Assembly (NCBI GenBank): GCA_013265495.1
Contig: MU058423.1
Coordinates: 4,302,783-4,366,782, forward strand
From: Vicugna vicugna
Lineage: Eukaryota
Length of the DNA: 64,000 nt
Direction of reading: 5' to 3'
The notes beneath the pieces are model-generated. The model saw only the letters and a program-made list of their open reading frames with translations, was not told the origin of the DNA and did not search any database. A program made the position numbers and the translations under genes. This document shows positions 1 through 13,435 of the stretch, one piece after another (the first letter of the stretch is position 1; each line of letters begins with the position of its first letter).

Positions 1-1146
1 ATGGTTCCATATAAATTTTATTATGATTTGTTCTAGTTCTGTGAAATATGTCGTGGGTAATTTGATAGGGATTGCATTAAATCTGTAGATTGCCTTGGGC
101 AGTGTGACCATTTTAACAATATTGATTCTTCCAATCCAAGAGCATGGAATATCTTTCCATTTTTTAAAGTCGTCTTTAATTTCCTTCATCAGTGGTTTAT
201 AGTTTTCCATGTATAGGTCTTTCACTCCATGGTTAGATTTATTCCTAGGTATTTTATTACTTTGAGTGCTATTTTAAAGGGGATTGTTTCTTTATTTTCT
301 TTTTCTGTTGATTCATTGTTAGTATAAAGAAATGCAACTGATTTTTGAACGTTAATCTTGTAACCTGCTACCTTGCTGAATTCTTCAATTATTTCTAGTA
401 GTTCTTGTGTGGACTTTTTAGGGTTTTCTATATATAGTATCATGTCATCTGCATATAGTGACACTTTTACCTCTTGTTTTCCAATTTGAATCCCTTTTAT
501 TTCTCTCTCTTGTCTGATTGCTGTGGCTAGGACTTCCAAGACTATGTTGAATAGGCATGGTGATAGTGGGCATCCTTGTCTTGTCCCAGATTTTAGTGGG
601 AAGCTTTTGAGTTTTTCACCATTGAGTACTATGCTGGCTGTAGGTTTGTCATATATAGCTTTTATGATGTTGAGATATGTTCCCTCTATACCCACTTTGG
701 TGAGAGTTTTTATCATAAATGGGTGTTGAATTTTATCAAATGCTTTTTCTGCATCAATTGAGATGATTATGTGGTTTTTGTCCTTTCTCTTGTTGATGTG
801 ATGTATTACACTGATTGATTTGCATATGTTGAACCACCCTTGTGTCCCTGGGATGAACCCCACTTGGTCATGATGTATAATCTTTTTTATGTGTTGTTGG
901 ATTCTATTTGCTAATATTTTGGTAAGGATTTTTGTATCTATGTTCATCAGTGATAATGGTCTGTAATTCTCTTTTTTGGTGGTGTCTTTGCCTGGTTTTG
1001 GTATCAGGGTGATGGTGGCTTCACAGAATGAGTTTGGGAGTATTCCCTCCTTTTCAGTCTTCTGGAAGAGTTTGAGAAGGACTGGTATGAGTTCTTCATT
1101 GTATGTTTGGTAGAATTCCCCAGTGAAGCTGTCCAGTCCTGGACTT
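1..1146 (-). mobile_element. LINE-1, 5'-truncated, ORF2 reverse-transcriptase region; continues off the left edge
   Basis: ORF 222..1184(-) translates to L1 ORF2 RT ([53 protein letters not shown]). Homology stops near 1146. A 1-nt loss near 222 frameshifts the ORF, but L1 coding sequence ([14 protein letters not shown]) continues to base 1. Confidence 0.97.
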
Positions 1147-1384
1147 ACCTTTGGTTTTAGATAGAATTTAGAACATGTATTCACACTCCATAAATATAAA
1201 TATTCACCTATATTTTATTTTATTTATGGCCTCAATTAATTTTTAAATCATTTGTTACATATTTTGGTGTGGGTTATATTATAAGAACTCTAATGTACTT
1301 GTAATTAATAAAGTCAGCTATATGGCTTGAAAAATTTGTTTTCCTCCTATGTGAAAAGCTACCTTTACATTTACGAAAAAGACC

Positions 1385-1470
1385 TATGCACACACAGATA
1401 CAGACACATATACATTGTATATATGTGTATAATTATGTATAGACACACATATACATCTGTGTATATGTAT
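1385..1470. repeat. Degenerate (CA)/(TA) low-complexity tract
   Basis: Alternating ca/ta/tg dinucleotides seen directly. Confidence 0.6.
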
Positions 1471-1929
1471 GAAACACTTTTGAATATTTCTGCGGGTATA
1501 ATCAATATTTTAAACAATCTAATTCATTGATTCATCCACCTGTTTTTTTCATTAATTTACTCATGCATATTCATGAGTAGGTTCTACATGCAAGCACGTA
1601 ATTAGATGTTCTATACTCAATCTTACTATTATTGTATTGACAGGGAAGAGGTCATACTATTTAATGAGAAGTTCTTTTCTCTAAACTCTGTAGTGCGGAT
1701 GGTCTCTTCTGTTCATTAGGCACTTAATCATCTCAAGTACAACGGCATTTTTTAAAAATTTTAGACTGTTTTGGTTTGGGTCCATATGAAGAAGATAAGC
1801 TATTTGTGAATAAGGCTATGTTGGTCTTCCCTCATAATGCTAAGGAAATGTAGGCTTAAATGCACTAAATGCTTTTGAAATAAATTTACCTCAATTAAAA
1901 GTTAAATATAAATCATTTATACTAAGTTT

Positions 1930-2055
1930 GCAAATGAAGCAGATTCAAGGAAGTCAAATGACTTAGCCAGGACCACAGAGCTAATCAGTGACCAGATGAG
2001 GATTACAGCCAAGGTCTTTTAGCTGTCAATTCAGGGACCTTTCTATCATTCCACT
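1930..2055 (-). mobile_element. MIR SINE fragment
   Basis: gaagtcaaatgacttagccaggaccacagagctaatcagtg resembles the reverse-complement MIR core. Confidence 0.65.
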
Positions 2056-2559
2056 CTTTTTTTTCCTAGCATTTCATCTGGTTCTCATAAAAATCTAGGC
2101 ATTAAGGCAGGGTCAGTAACTCTCTCAAGCCACGAGTAAATGTGTTATTACATTATGAGGAAATGCCTATGAATGGGGAAATGATTCTGTTCTATGTTTC
2201 AATATGTGTATTCATAAGCATCACATGTCTGGTTGACTCAGTTATTAGTGGTATAGGAGAATTAAATATACCAACTGAAAAATTAAATACGTATGGCAGA
2301 GAGACAATGCTTGTTGAAGTATATATAAAAATGTTAAGGATGGTTACATCACATGTTGAGGTCAACACTTTTTCAATGTAAACATTTGAAATTATAATTG
2401 TGCTTAGTGAGATATAAAATTTCATGTGAAAATATTCCTTCCCTTACTCCTAAATCAATGTGTTAAAAAATCAATTAATGTGAAAATCAGTTGAATCTAA
2501 ATGTATTAATTTGATAAATTACATTGTAAGTACTAGGGAATCTATTAATGAGCTTCTGC

Positions 2560-3340
2560 AGTGAATATCCAGCAGAAGTTTTCTCAGTGCTTACTCCATG
2601 CCAGCATGTATGCAGTATTCATTACAGAAGAATGAACAGGACACATGAAACCTCCCTTGTGGAATTTATCATCTCAAAGGAAAGAACCATAAGAAGTGAC
2701 GAGAGGGTAGTAGGTATACTAAAGAAAAGCTCTTAGGCTAGAGTAGAGAAAAAACTATTCTAAAGAAGTAATATTTGAGACAGAAAAGATGAGTATAAAG
2801 AAGTTTGAGAAGGGGTAGGGGGTTTGTGGGGAAGGACAGATCATTCCAAGCAGGGTAACTTGCAAAGGCAGAAAGTAAGGAGTGGTGTCATATGTAAAAA
2901 GTTGGCCAAACTTTATGAAGCTAGGGAAGTAACAACAACTTCTTCATTAAAGGAGTTGCAGGGACATAAGCAGTAAAGGCAGGGCTTTGAAAACATTTGG
3001 TGAGGCCTGAACCTGCCTGATGACCGATATGAAGAAGCCAATGTGAAGCTGCCTAATGTGAAGAGAGGAGATGACCACTAGCACAGCCTCTCGAGAAGGA
3101 GGAAGGAGAGAAACCCAGCGTGGTAGGTGGAGGGGCCAGCCTGCTCCACCGTGAAAGGGGGAAAAGGAAACCAGGAGATTCAGAGGCACATATGTTTCCA
3201 CACGTGATGGTGGAAAGTTGAAAGAATCCGCATCTTTGATGGCTCGTGTTTTCTCACTGTCTGATTGAAACGAAGAGAAGGAAGAGGAAGTTGAAGGAAT
3301 GCAAAGATTTTGAAATAATTACAGGAGTCATTGGAAGAGA
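2560..3340 (-). mobile_element. L2 LINE fragment, heavily diverged
   Basis: Purine-rich plus-strand texture with L2-like phrases (ttccaagcagggtaacttgcaaaggc); boundaries approximate. Confidence 0.45.
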
Positions 3341-3696
3341 TAACCGACTAGAGAAAAATCATGTTTTATTAAAGTGAGGATTCCTGCGTATACTGATACA
3401 AAACTTACCTCAATTTTTGTCTAGGAAGTCATCTGAAAAATTAGGGAGAAAGGAAACTAAGACAAAGGAAATCATTGAAGTCTGACTCAAAAAAAAAAAA
3501 AGGAACCTTCAAACTGTTAATCTAATAAGATTGAATGTATAACCTTCCAATAAAATTGACTCAAACCTTCTCAGAATATAAACATTTCTTGACTTCACTA
3601 CCATTTAACACAAAACTTCCTGAAACTCTTTTACTCTTGTTTCATTTTATTCAACTCCCACTTATTCCTCAACCCTTTGCAAAGGCTTCATTGACT

Positions 3697-4270
3697 TTTT
3701 AAAAACTAAGATTAATTTCTTTTAGAGAAGTTTTAGGTTTACAACAAAATTAAGAGGGAGGTACAGAGATGTTCCGTATACCTCCTGCTCCCACACATAC
3801 ATAACCTCCCTCTTTATCAACATCACTCACAAAAATAGTATATTTTTTTTACCAAGGATGAACTTACATTGACATATCATAATCACCCAAAGTCATAGTT
3901 TACCTTAGGGATCACTCTTGATGTTAGATATTCCATGGGTTTGAACAAATATGTAATGACATATACCCATCATTATAATATCACACTGGGTATTTTCACA
4001 GTTGTAAAAAATCCTCTGTGCTCTGCCTACTCATCTTTTCCTCCCCTCAACCACTGGTAACCACTGATGTCTTTATTATTTCCACAGTTTCATCTTTTCC
4101 AAAATGTGATATAGTTGGAATCACAGTTATTTAGCCTTTTGAGGTTGGCTTCTTTCACTCAGTAATGTGGACTTACTGCTCCTCTATGTCTTTTCACGGC
4201 TTGATAGCTCATTTCTTTTTTAGTGCTGAATAATATTTCATTGACTGGCTGTACCACAGTTTATTTTACC
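3697..4270 (-). mobile_element. Old L1M (L1MB/L1MC-like) 3' end
   Basis: ttttagagaagttttaggtttacaacaaaatt...gtacagagatgttccgtatacc and tggcttctttcactcagtaatg are characteristic of the antisense L1M 3' UTR. Confidence 0.85.
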
Positions 4271-4859
4271 CTCACTGACTTTTTGGACATGATTTTCATC
4301 TCTATTTGATTCTTCTCCTACTCCATCAAAAGTGTTGGTATTTCTTAATGTTCTGATTTCAGACTTTTACTGTTTTTTTTCCCCCTACAATCTCACAATA
4401 CTCATCTTACCTAGCTTCAATTTGTACTTCAGTGCAGGTGCCTCTCAAATACATCAACCTTTCCACTGCTGTATCACAGCTCTTCTTTCTAGTGGTCCAG
4501 CCAGACATTCTGGTCTGAATGTCCCAATGGAACCTCCAAGGCCTACTTCATCATTTTACTGTGCTTCCTAATTCATCAACATTCTCCTAGTCACTTAGTT
4601 TCCAATTTTGGAATCACCTTTTTCTTTTCCCTTAACCTCATGTTCATATCAGTTATCCCACCTCATGGATCCTGTTTCATATAATGCATTTATCTTATCC
4701 TTCTATACCCTACTTCAGGCTCTCAATAACATCTGCGTGAATAATTGCAGCCTTCATCTACTCTGTACTACATGCTAATGTCAGAGGGATCTTCTCCAAT
4801 TACAGGTGCAATCATGCTACTCCCATGCTCAGAATCCTCCCATGGCTTCTCATTAGTGA

Positions 4860-5090
4860 TAGCTGTCATTTATCAAGCTCTTCACAAAGTTCAAGCAGTT
4901 TGCAAAGCTAATATTACCTTGTATCATTTATCTTCTTCCTCATCATAATCTAAGAGAGGAGTATTGCCCCCATTTTACAGGTGAGAGTCCTGCAGACCAT
5001 TAGGCTCAACTAATAGTAAAGCCAGAATTCAAACAAGCGTGTGGCTAACTAAATCTCTGTGCCCACTCCTAACCATTATCTTCCTACCTA
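4860..5090 (-). mobile_element. MIR SINE
   Basis: gtattgcccccattttacaggtgagag...gccagaattcaaac resembles the MIR core. Confidence 0.7.
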
Positions 5091-6654
5091 GGGGATAAAG
5101 TAAAGGTTAAATTCTCTGGCCTCCCATTCAAAGTCTTCAAGATATGTCTCAAATATACACCTTCAACCTTTTGTCTTACCATCACTCCTCCCAGTTTGAA
5201 GGAGTTGAACTACCTGCACGACAAGCAGTAAAAATCTTTGAAGTGCTAATACTTCAAAGGATCTCCAGTAGTTAATCAAGGGCATGAAACATAGGTATTC
5301 TGTGCTGTACCTGATTAATAAATTAATGATGAACTAGCTACACCTTAGGTCAATCATTTTTAAATAGTATATTACCTTTACCTTTTTTTGGGGGGGTGGG
5401 GGGCGATATTTAAAAGACAGTAACTAATTATTGTAACACTTTATGTACAGCCATATCCACACTATGCACATTTTGCTGGGTTTCAGCCTCCACAGCTGGT
5501 AGAATTTATTCTTCCTTAATAAATGAATACACCTATTATTCTTTTATGTCAATAACAATTCTATGTGTGCAAAAAGGAGTCTTCAAAATTACTCAGAAAA
5601 CCAACTGCAGCTGTAAGTAGTTATACAATTTTGCTCAGATTTTAAGTTGTTCTAAATGTATACACATCATCGTGCATATGTGCGAAGGACACAGTGTAAA
5701 GTGTCATTTGAATATCCCAAATCTTTGTTGGCCTGAAAAGTGTATTAATATTTTGCATAAATTTGGATGATGAGATTTACACTTTTCTTGGCAAAATCTT
5801 TGGAATTTGAGTAAGAGAGATTATGGATGTCACAATCAATTACATCAATAACCAAGAATTAATATGTATCTGCAAGCCCTTCTATGCAAAGAAACCCACT
5901 ACCAGCAGACAAAAGATCACATATTTACAATGTCACGTACTTTGTTGAAACACTCATCCTAAGGAAGCGACTTTACAATGCATTTCTCTCTTCTTACCTC
6001 CATCCATTTATTATAAAATCCTATTTGCTCCTCAAAATGTGAAGCTACAACAAATATTCATACAACACTTTGCATAATCTGTGGGAAGTCAGAAATAAAG
6101 TGCAGAAAGACAATGAACAGGAAGCATGCAATCCTCCATGGTGTTCATTAATGGGTGCTTGTGACAAGATACTCTCAGTCTTAGTTTAGTAATTTTTCCT
6201 TGGATGCTTCCTATTTCCTCAGCAGAAAGCTTAGGCATTACTAGCACGGCTCACCACTGGTGGCAGGAGTGAAATGACTTTCTTGTCAGACATGCTACAA
6301 AGCATAGGGTTGTGATGGAGCAAGATGCCTGAGGTCCTCAGGTCTTACTCATTTAGCAAGTAGGAGAAGAAAACTGTCACATCAAATTAGATGAGCCCCC
6401 ACTTTAACCTTCAGCCACTTGGACACTACTGAATATTCCTTATTTTCCCATGAGCACCTGGATAGTTAAGGAATTAGGGTATGGGGGTGGCCCTTAGATA
6501 AATCTAGATATAGAAGCTAAAACATAAATAAATAACTCCCACTGGCCTTACACACCCACTTAAATAAAACTGCAGCAGACACCTTCGCAAATGACAAAGT
6601 GACTACAGGTCTCCTATCTTCATAGTCTCTTTGATGTGTTTCCTTCTTTTTGGA

Positions 6655-7193
6655 GGGAAAGGTGACAGCTGACATTTATTCTTTATTGTTAATTCTATTG
6701 CTAATTCCATTGGGTAGGGGAAAGGAGCTCCACACATCCAGATAAAAAAAGAACAAAGGCGTACACAACAAATGAAGGTTCTTTCTCCCCCACTCGGGAT
6801 CTTTGAGATGTACCGCTGGGACTGTCTACATTTGCAAGCATTATTTGTCGGCTGTTGATCCTACACCTATGGATTCCATGCAAAAGTCAGATTTCTAAAA
6901 TAACCACAATTTCACGGCTGATCTTAGAGCTCTTATTGTCTTCAACAACTTCTGATCTGCCTCTGTGCTGCCAATGTGTCTACTGCCATTTTTAATAAGC
7001 TTTAGATCTGGTGGATTAACACTGAATGTCAAACACCACCATCAGAATTGCTGATCATTTGCAGAAACACAATTTTTGCATATTAAAAAACCACCTTCTT
7101 CTTGCCATAAAATTCTGCTCTCACTTCTGCTGTATTTGATCATTTTTACATGTATTTTTTAGCTCTCAGTAACCCTTGTGTGAAGACAAGCGT
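6655..7193 (-). other. Candidate terminal exon of an unidentified minus-strand transcript
   Basis: Acceptor ttatgttaactttctccctttcag|ACG at 7193; tandem AATAAA on minus at 6682-6687 and 6675-6680; no recognisable repeat in the interval. Confidence 0.35.
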
Positions 7194-8454
7194 CTGAAAG
7201 GGAGAAAGTTAACATAAATAAAATGACAATCATAAGTGGTATTTAATATCCTCTCACTTTTCTAAAAAGGTGCATTGACTCTTTCAGTTGTTCATTTTTC
7301 CTATGATTCATCATAAACAACCATGTGAATCCAAAACCCAGGAAAGAGCAAATCTGAAAGCTGGACCACGATGGAGTAAAGCTCCCTTGCATGAGTGGGG
7401 AGCGAAGCTTTCTTACATTCCCAAACTGCAGAGCGTAATTCTGCAGAAAGAAGTGATGTCGCTTATCTACTCTACTTCAAATTATTCTGAATAGTTATGC
7501 AAAATCGTTTCTGAGTTTAATCCATGCTTTTTTTTACAGCATCAAGTAGTATAAACTCAATCTGGGGGGGAACTAAAGAGTTTCCCAACTACCCCACGAA
7601 ACTTTACTTATGTCAAAATGCTTTCTGCATATGCGAGTGGCAATCAATGAGACACAAATTTCTTACTGAGATGTATCATGACTAATTTAACGAAAACTAG
7701 ATTTAAAGCAGGATACTACATCTCCCTGAGGGGCACCGTTCTCTGCTTGCTGTTCCAAGTCGGTGAACTAACCAACCTAACGACACTATCAGTGAGCTAG
7801 ATTTCATTCTATCAGCTGTTTTTCTTTCCCTTTTCAATCCATTCCTTCTTAATATAGCAAAGTCTAGTATATTCATTAAAGAACACTTGGAATATGCAAA
7901 ATACTACAACAGAAAAAAGCTCCTGTAGTTATGCCTCCACACTCAGTCGTTAACATTTTGGAGGTGTTTCCCTCAAATCTTCTCTTATGTCTATATTTTT
8001 AAAAACAGTCACAACTACACTACATACACAATTTTTATCCTACTTTTTTCGCTTGCATTATGTAAATATTTTCCATATTTTTGTAAGCAATCTAGTATAA
8101 TTTTTAATGAATGGCTAAAAAATTGACCATGAAATGAATAAATTATTAGGCTGTCTTAAACATAAATTTGCTGAAGATTTACAGACAAAGCAGGTTACTT
8201 GAACCTCCTTCAGTTCAAATGTCATTATCTGCATACATATAACGAAGGTTTCTGAAAGTATCTATAAATGAACACTTTAAGATAAACTGTTAAGGGGGGT
8301 GTTCAAGCCTGCTGTCCAATATCGTAAGAATTAGGTTCTGTACCTTAAGAGGCCCCGTTTCCCTTCACCTTGGTTCAAACTTTCACAAACCTACTTTATT
8401 AAGTGACCATCATAATAGTTACTTCCTTGGCTCTTCCTCAGCGTGTAACAATCT

Positions 8455-8975
8455 GTAATTTATTCGCTCACTACGTATTGAGTGTCTTCCATATGGAAGA
8501 TACTGTGTTAGCTACTATGAGTGAACACTGATGCATGGAGGGGCAGCACCTGACCTCAAAGAGCTAATACCCAAAAGAGAGGAGACAAGTATACTAACAA
8601 ATAAAAGGAAATGACAGGGAGTAAAACAGGAGATCAGAAGGGAAGTCCATGTTTAGTCGAGGTAATGAAGTAAGGCTGCCCTAAAGACAGAGCTTAGGAA
8701 CTTAGCTTTAAGGGATGCATGAAAACTGAGCCAATAGAAAAGATGACGGATGTAACAATATGAGCAAAATTAGACACATAATTAAGGGCATGTGACTGAG
8801 TAAGTGAAAGACAGCCTAGAGTGCAGGAGTCAGTGGCTGGGTTAATGGTGTTGCTTAATCATCAGGCTGTGGTTCCTGGACCCCACCTGTTATGCCGTAG
8901 GGAGCCACGGCAGGTTCTTCTACACAGACATGAGGACTTCTGTAGCAAATTAAGGAAGTTAATATGGCAGGCATG
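8455..8975 (-). mobile_element. L2 LINE 3' fragment
   Basis: Starts with attcgctcactacgtattgagtgtc...atactgtgttagct and has acctgacctcaaagagct, typical of the L2 3' end in reverse. Confidence 0.6.
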
Positions 8976-8988
8976 TATAAACTGGATT

Positions 8989-9148
8989 TTTTTTAAATCT
9001 TTTTAGTTTTTTTGGGTTTTTTTTGCAGGGAGGAGGGGTAGTCAGGTTTATTTATTTTATTTATTTTTGGAGGAGGTACTGGGGCTTGAACCCAGGACCT
9101 TGTGCATGCTAAGCATGTGCTCTACCACTTGAGCTATACCATCCCCCC
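8989..9148 (-). mobile_element. tRNA-derived camelid SINE (vic-1 type) with A-rich tail and TSD
   Basis: Minus strand reads GGGGGGATGGTATAGCTCAAGTGGTAGAGCACATGCTTAGCATGCACAAGGTCCTGGGTTCAAGCCCCAGTACCTCC, with Pol III A and B boxes. Flanked by ataaactggatt (8977-8988) and ataaactagatt (9149-9160). Confidence 0.92.
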
Positions 9149-10487
9149 ATAAACTAGATTAAGTAGAGAAAGAGTAACAAGGTATTCAGGTCAGATCTAT
9201 TGAAATGGTCCATGCTAGACAAGGCTAACTGACTGGAAATGGCAGGACAGCAACGTCAAGACAATCTGACTTGCTAATTCCACGGCAGTCATTAAAGACA
9301 AAGGAATAACGTTACCAAATGTATTTGGAAAACTGAAAGTGAAGTCACAAACTAAAGGGCTACTTGCACTGACATAGCGCACGTTAGCACCACTCCTTAT
9401 TTTCAGGGTCTAGGCAAGTTGGAGGCTGAAGGATGAAGTTTAGCAGGGCTGCAGCAGGTTCTGCGAAGACGTGCCCCAAGTAGCACCCAGTACCAATAAG
9501 GCCTTCTGGGGAAGAAGACTAGACAGGGAACAGAGCCGTGGTTCTTGAGGAAGGTCCCAGATTCTAATCAAGCTGCACTCGGGTATGGCTTATTTAGTCC
9601 TGTGGGTACTGAGTAGTAGAAATCACAGGGAAGATGGTCTCCACAGAGAAGGACTGCACGCTGCTCTGGGAGTGGAGTGCAAAGATGGGAAGAGTCCCAT
9701 TTAGAAACTAGGCCATGCCAGGAAGCCTACAATGAGACTGAAGGACAGGGCCACAACATGACCTTTGGAGTCTGGAGCTAGCTGCAACCCCCGGGGGGCT
9801 GGCACCAGGCAGTGAGCTGGGGTTTTGCTGGGCGTTTTCCTCAGCTGAAAGCGGTCAGGAGACGAGCCAAGGAAGCCCGAGTGCCCAGAGAAGGGGGCTG
9901 GTCAGCGCCTGGTGACGCCAGGCCTACGCAGGAGGCAGCACCCATTCAACACAATTGCAGGGATGTCTCGCCATTCATCGGTGAGCAGAGATGGAGCGAT
10001 CATTTCTGAACTCTGGGGGGTACTTATGATAGAAGACAGATGCTGATATATTAAATCACCACCCATCTCACTAGCAAAATGCACACACTGGTGTGCAGAG
10101 TCCAGAGTATTAATTAGGATCAGCTGGCATGAAGTCTCAGGATGGGGGCTCTCAAGAAGCGAGCTAGAACAGATAGGCAACAGTTGGTAACAAGTAGAGC
10201 TCACTACAGCTTTGGCTATTGCCAGAGCTCACTGGCAACTTAGATTGTTTTCTGCTGAATAAACTGAAGGGGTTTATGCGATTTTTGCCAAACTGGGAAA
10301 TAACAAAACTTTCACTGTGAGAAATTATCTCTTTAATAAAACAATAAGGTGAACTTTGTTAAACAACAAAGTGTTCTGTGAATGATCATGGTAGTTTTCA
10401 AATTTCATTCCAACGAAAACATGTGTCAAACTCAATTAACATTTATTCAATGTCTTTTCTGCCAGGCACTATTCTAAGTGATTTCGA

Positions 10488-10762
10488 CTAGTATTCTCAA
10501 AGTGTAGCCCAAGGACTGGAACTGATATGCAAACTGTTGCCTGTCTATGATAGGAGAAGTAGCTTTTACCAAAATGTTAACCAACATACTGCTTCTTTCA
10601 ATGGAAAGTCTTGCTAGAAAAAAAAAAAAGTCAGCTAACTACAAAGTGTACTTAATAACTTAGTTAATTTACATTCTGGTTTAAGTTTCTTATCTTGTTA
10701 TGGGCAGGCAACAAACAACTCACGGACACGCAGTGGTCCACAAACCACATTTTAGGTAGGTT
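10488..10762. mobile_element. hAT-Charlie non-autonomous DNA element (MER5/Charlie-like)
   Basis: Degenerate terminal inverted repeats tagtattctcaaagtgtagcc ... ggtccacaaaccacattttaggtag; it appears to interrupt a MIR. Confidence 0.65.
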
Positions 10763-11859
10763 TGATTTATGTACATTATCCCCTTTACCCAAGTAAATGA
10801 GTCAAACCTAATTGAGGAAAATGCAGGGCGAAGTATACATTTATTTTAGGGTTGGTCCATTTCCTTAGTCCTGTGCCAACTATATGAAAATCATACAAAT
10901 CTTCAAACATTTGTAAAGTGGTTCACAACTGGTTATTTTGAAAACTCTTGAATATAACCACTGAGTCTCACAAATGATAAACATGGCACACAAGTGTATT
11001 TTTCTTTTATTTAAGAGGATTAGTCATACTTTTTTTCTAGAAAACATTTCTATTCAATATAATTTCTAAAAGCATTTAATGACTTGTGGGACAATTTGGC
11101 AGACTGAGCACATACATTCATACTCTGAATTCCGCTGGGGACCCTGAAATAATAGTATTTTATATGTATAAAATTGCATGTAGGTGCAAAGGAGAATAGA
11201 CATGTAACAACAAAGATATAAGATGTCAGTACATTTACAGAAAAAAAAACCCCAAATGGGAATGTTAACAGATAAAACACCGATAGAAACACTTCAGTCT
11301 AGAATGTGCTGTGAGAGGGCTACTGTGAAGGTGAGAATACTGGAAACCTGAAAGGCTCTAGGCTAGAGGGTTACATGAGAGAAAGGGTGAGAACCGGTGC
11401 TGAAAACAGGGAAAAAACTGAACGTATAACCCAGAACAACTGCCCACTCCAATTCCATTACTCAGAGATCAGCAGTTTGTTCCCAATCAAAAAGAAATGA
11501 AGACTTTTTTTGAAATAAATTAAATTAGCTCAGGACAGGGCATGTTTCTATCTCGAATTGAGTGCCCAAGAGTCAGTCCCTCCTTACTGTGGCATTTGTG
11601 GTCCTGTGACTTATGGTCTGCCGTCTGATCTCTGGCTCCCCATCGATTTAGTCTAAGAGGAAATATGCCAGTTGGGAATCCCTGCCCAATAACACAGAGC
11701 TCCAAATGAGACTTCTTATTCATGTAGGAGGATTTCAGGACAATGTACTTATATAAGTAGCCAAGGGAGCCATGTCAGTTTCCCAACTCTTGATTCTTAC
11801 GTAAGTATGGATTACCAAGACCCACCAGACAGTGGGGAAAGAGCTACAGAATAACTGAG

Positions 11860-12760
11860 AAAAACCAACACAGAAAGAAAATTGACCTTTAAGGAAAGAG
11901 AAATAATTCAAGAAACCGAGAACAGTATAGACACAGTAATTAATATGCCCAGAGGTTCAAGAAGACTACATCCATGACAAATGAACCGAATACTGTAAAA
12001 AGGAAGAACTAGGATATACTACAGAGCTCTTGTGTTTTAAAAGTATAAATAGTTAAGATAAAATCAACAGACAGTTTAGAAATAAAGCTGAGAAACTTTC
12101 TCAGAAGTTTGAGTAAAAGGAAAGGCGCAGGCATGTACACACACACACACATCTACGAAATAAGTAGTAAGTGATACAGATATTCAAAAGTACATTCAAC
12201 ATACATCTAACAAAGTTGCAAAAGGAGAGAACAGAAAATGCATAGCACTTAGCAGAACATAAGAAATTATCAGAAATAAAAAAGAAAACTTCTCATAACT
12301 AAAGAAACAAATTAACCTTTAAATTGATAGGTTTCATAGAGAAACCAAAACAGTAAGTTAAAAAAGTCCAACATCATGATCCAACCCCAAGACTGTACAT
12401 CTTTAGGAAATCAAAGAAAATCAAAGATAAAAAAATGATCCAATATGCTTCCAGGTTAAAAAAGAATACACACACACACATACACACACACACAAAATCA
12501 ACAAAGGAACAAGAATTCAGAAAGCACCAGACTTCTTTCATCAGCAACAGGAGAGGACAAAACCTAATGAAGTAATGTTTTCAAAATTCTAGGGGGATAT
12601 TTTTAACCCAGAATTCCATTCCCAGTCAAATTATCAATCCAGAATGAAGAAAAAGAAAGACTTTTAATTCCTATAATTTTCCAAATTTTTCTTCTGAAGA
12701 AACTGAAGATGGATTCCAGAAAATGAAAAAGAAACTGAAGCCAGGAGAGTCAAGAAATAA
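11860..12760 (+). mobile_element. HAL1 / ancient L1 ORF1-like region
   Basis: A-rich stretch with ORF1-like phrases (caccagacttctttcatcagcaac, ttttcaaaattct...aacccagaattccattcccagtcaaattatcaatc). Confidence 0.65.
12467..12494. repeat. (CA)n microsatellite, interrupted
   Basis: acacacacacacatacacacacacaca seen directly. Confidence 0.9.
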
Positions 12761-13435
12761 TTAAGCCAACTTAGGAGAAGAGAAAGGAGGAATCCTAGTG
12801 TGGCAGCTGTGCTGGTGTCTCAGAGACCAGTCATTCACACTGAAGTTGGTAAGCAGGGCTGTACCCAATCTATACACACTGGAATGCCTTAGTTGGTGGC
12901 TTAAAAATGGCTTCTTACCTGATTGGTCAGTGATGATATCACGTTAGTTGTTAAATATTTTGACTCCAAGGTGAATCCAAGAGGGAGGTCAACAGGCAAA
13001 AAAGGATGGTGATATGCAATAGATTTTATAATTGAGAATATGAGTGCAGGGGATGGTAAGCAGAGTGGATATTGAGCAGAGCAACCACCTCATGTACTTT
13101 TAATAGCACTGCTTTCTGTAAGTTATACCATATATTATCTTGAATCATTTCTTTCTGGCATGAAAATGTCATATGAAATAATGATTGGGTTTTATTTATT
13201 TATTAGTCTTAAGGTTGCTTCTAAGAGAGACTGGTTTATTTATAAGAATGCAAATTTAAAAAGCCTTCTGGAATTTAGAAAAGGCTTGTCATTTAAAATC
13301 CCTATAAATTAGATATGCTCTATTCTATACAACAAACTTTTACACATTCTTTCTCCCAAGATTTGCAGCATCAACAGTTTGTTAAATGTGACTCTTTCGA
13401 GGAAGCCTTTTGAATTTAACCTCTAAGTTCCAGAA

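Noticed and set aside
222..1184. 320-aa RT ORF as a cellular gene or novel reverse-transcriptase system
   Set aside because: It is ordinary L1 ORF2. The first 12 or so residues come from flanking DNA and the end is a frameshift.
9400..10010. GC-balanced stretch with short ORFs
   Set aside because: Most likely a very old LTR-type remnant; I could not assign a family or support coding potential.
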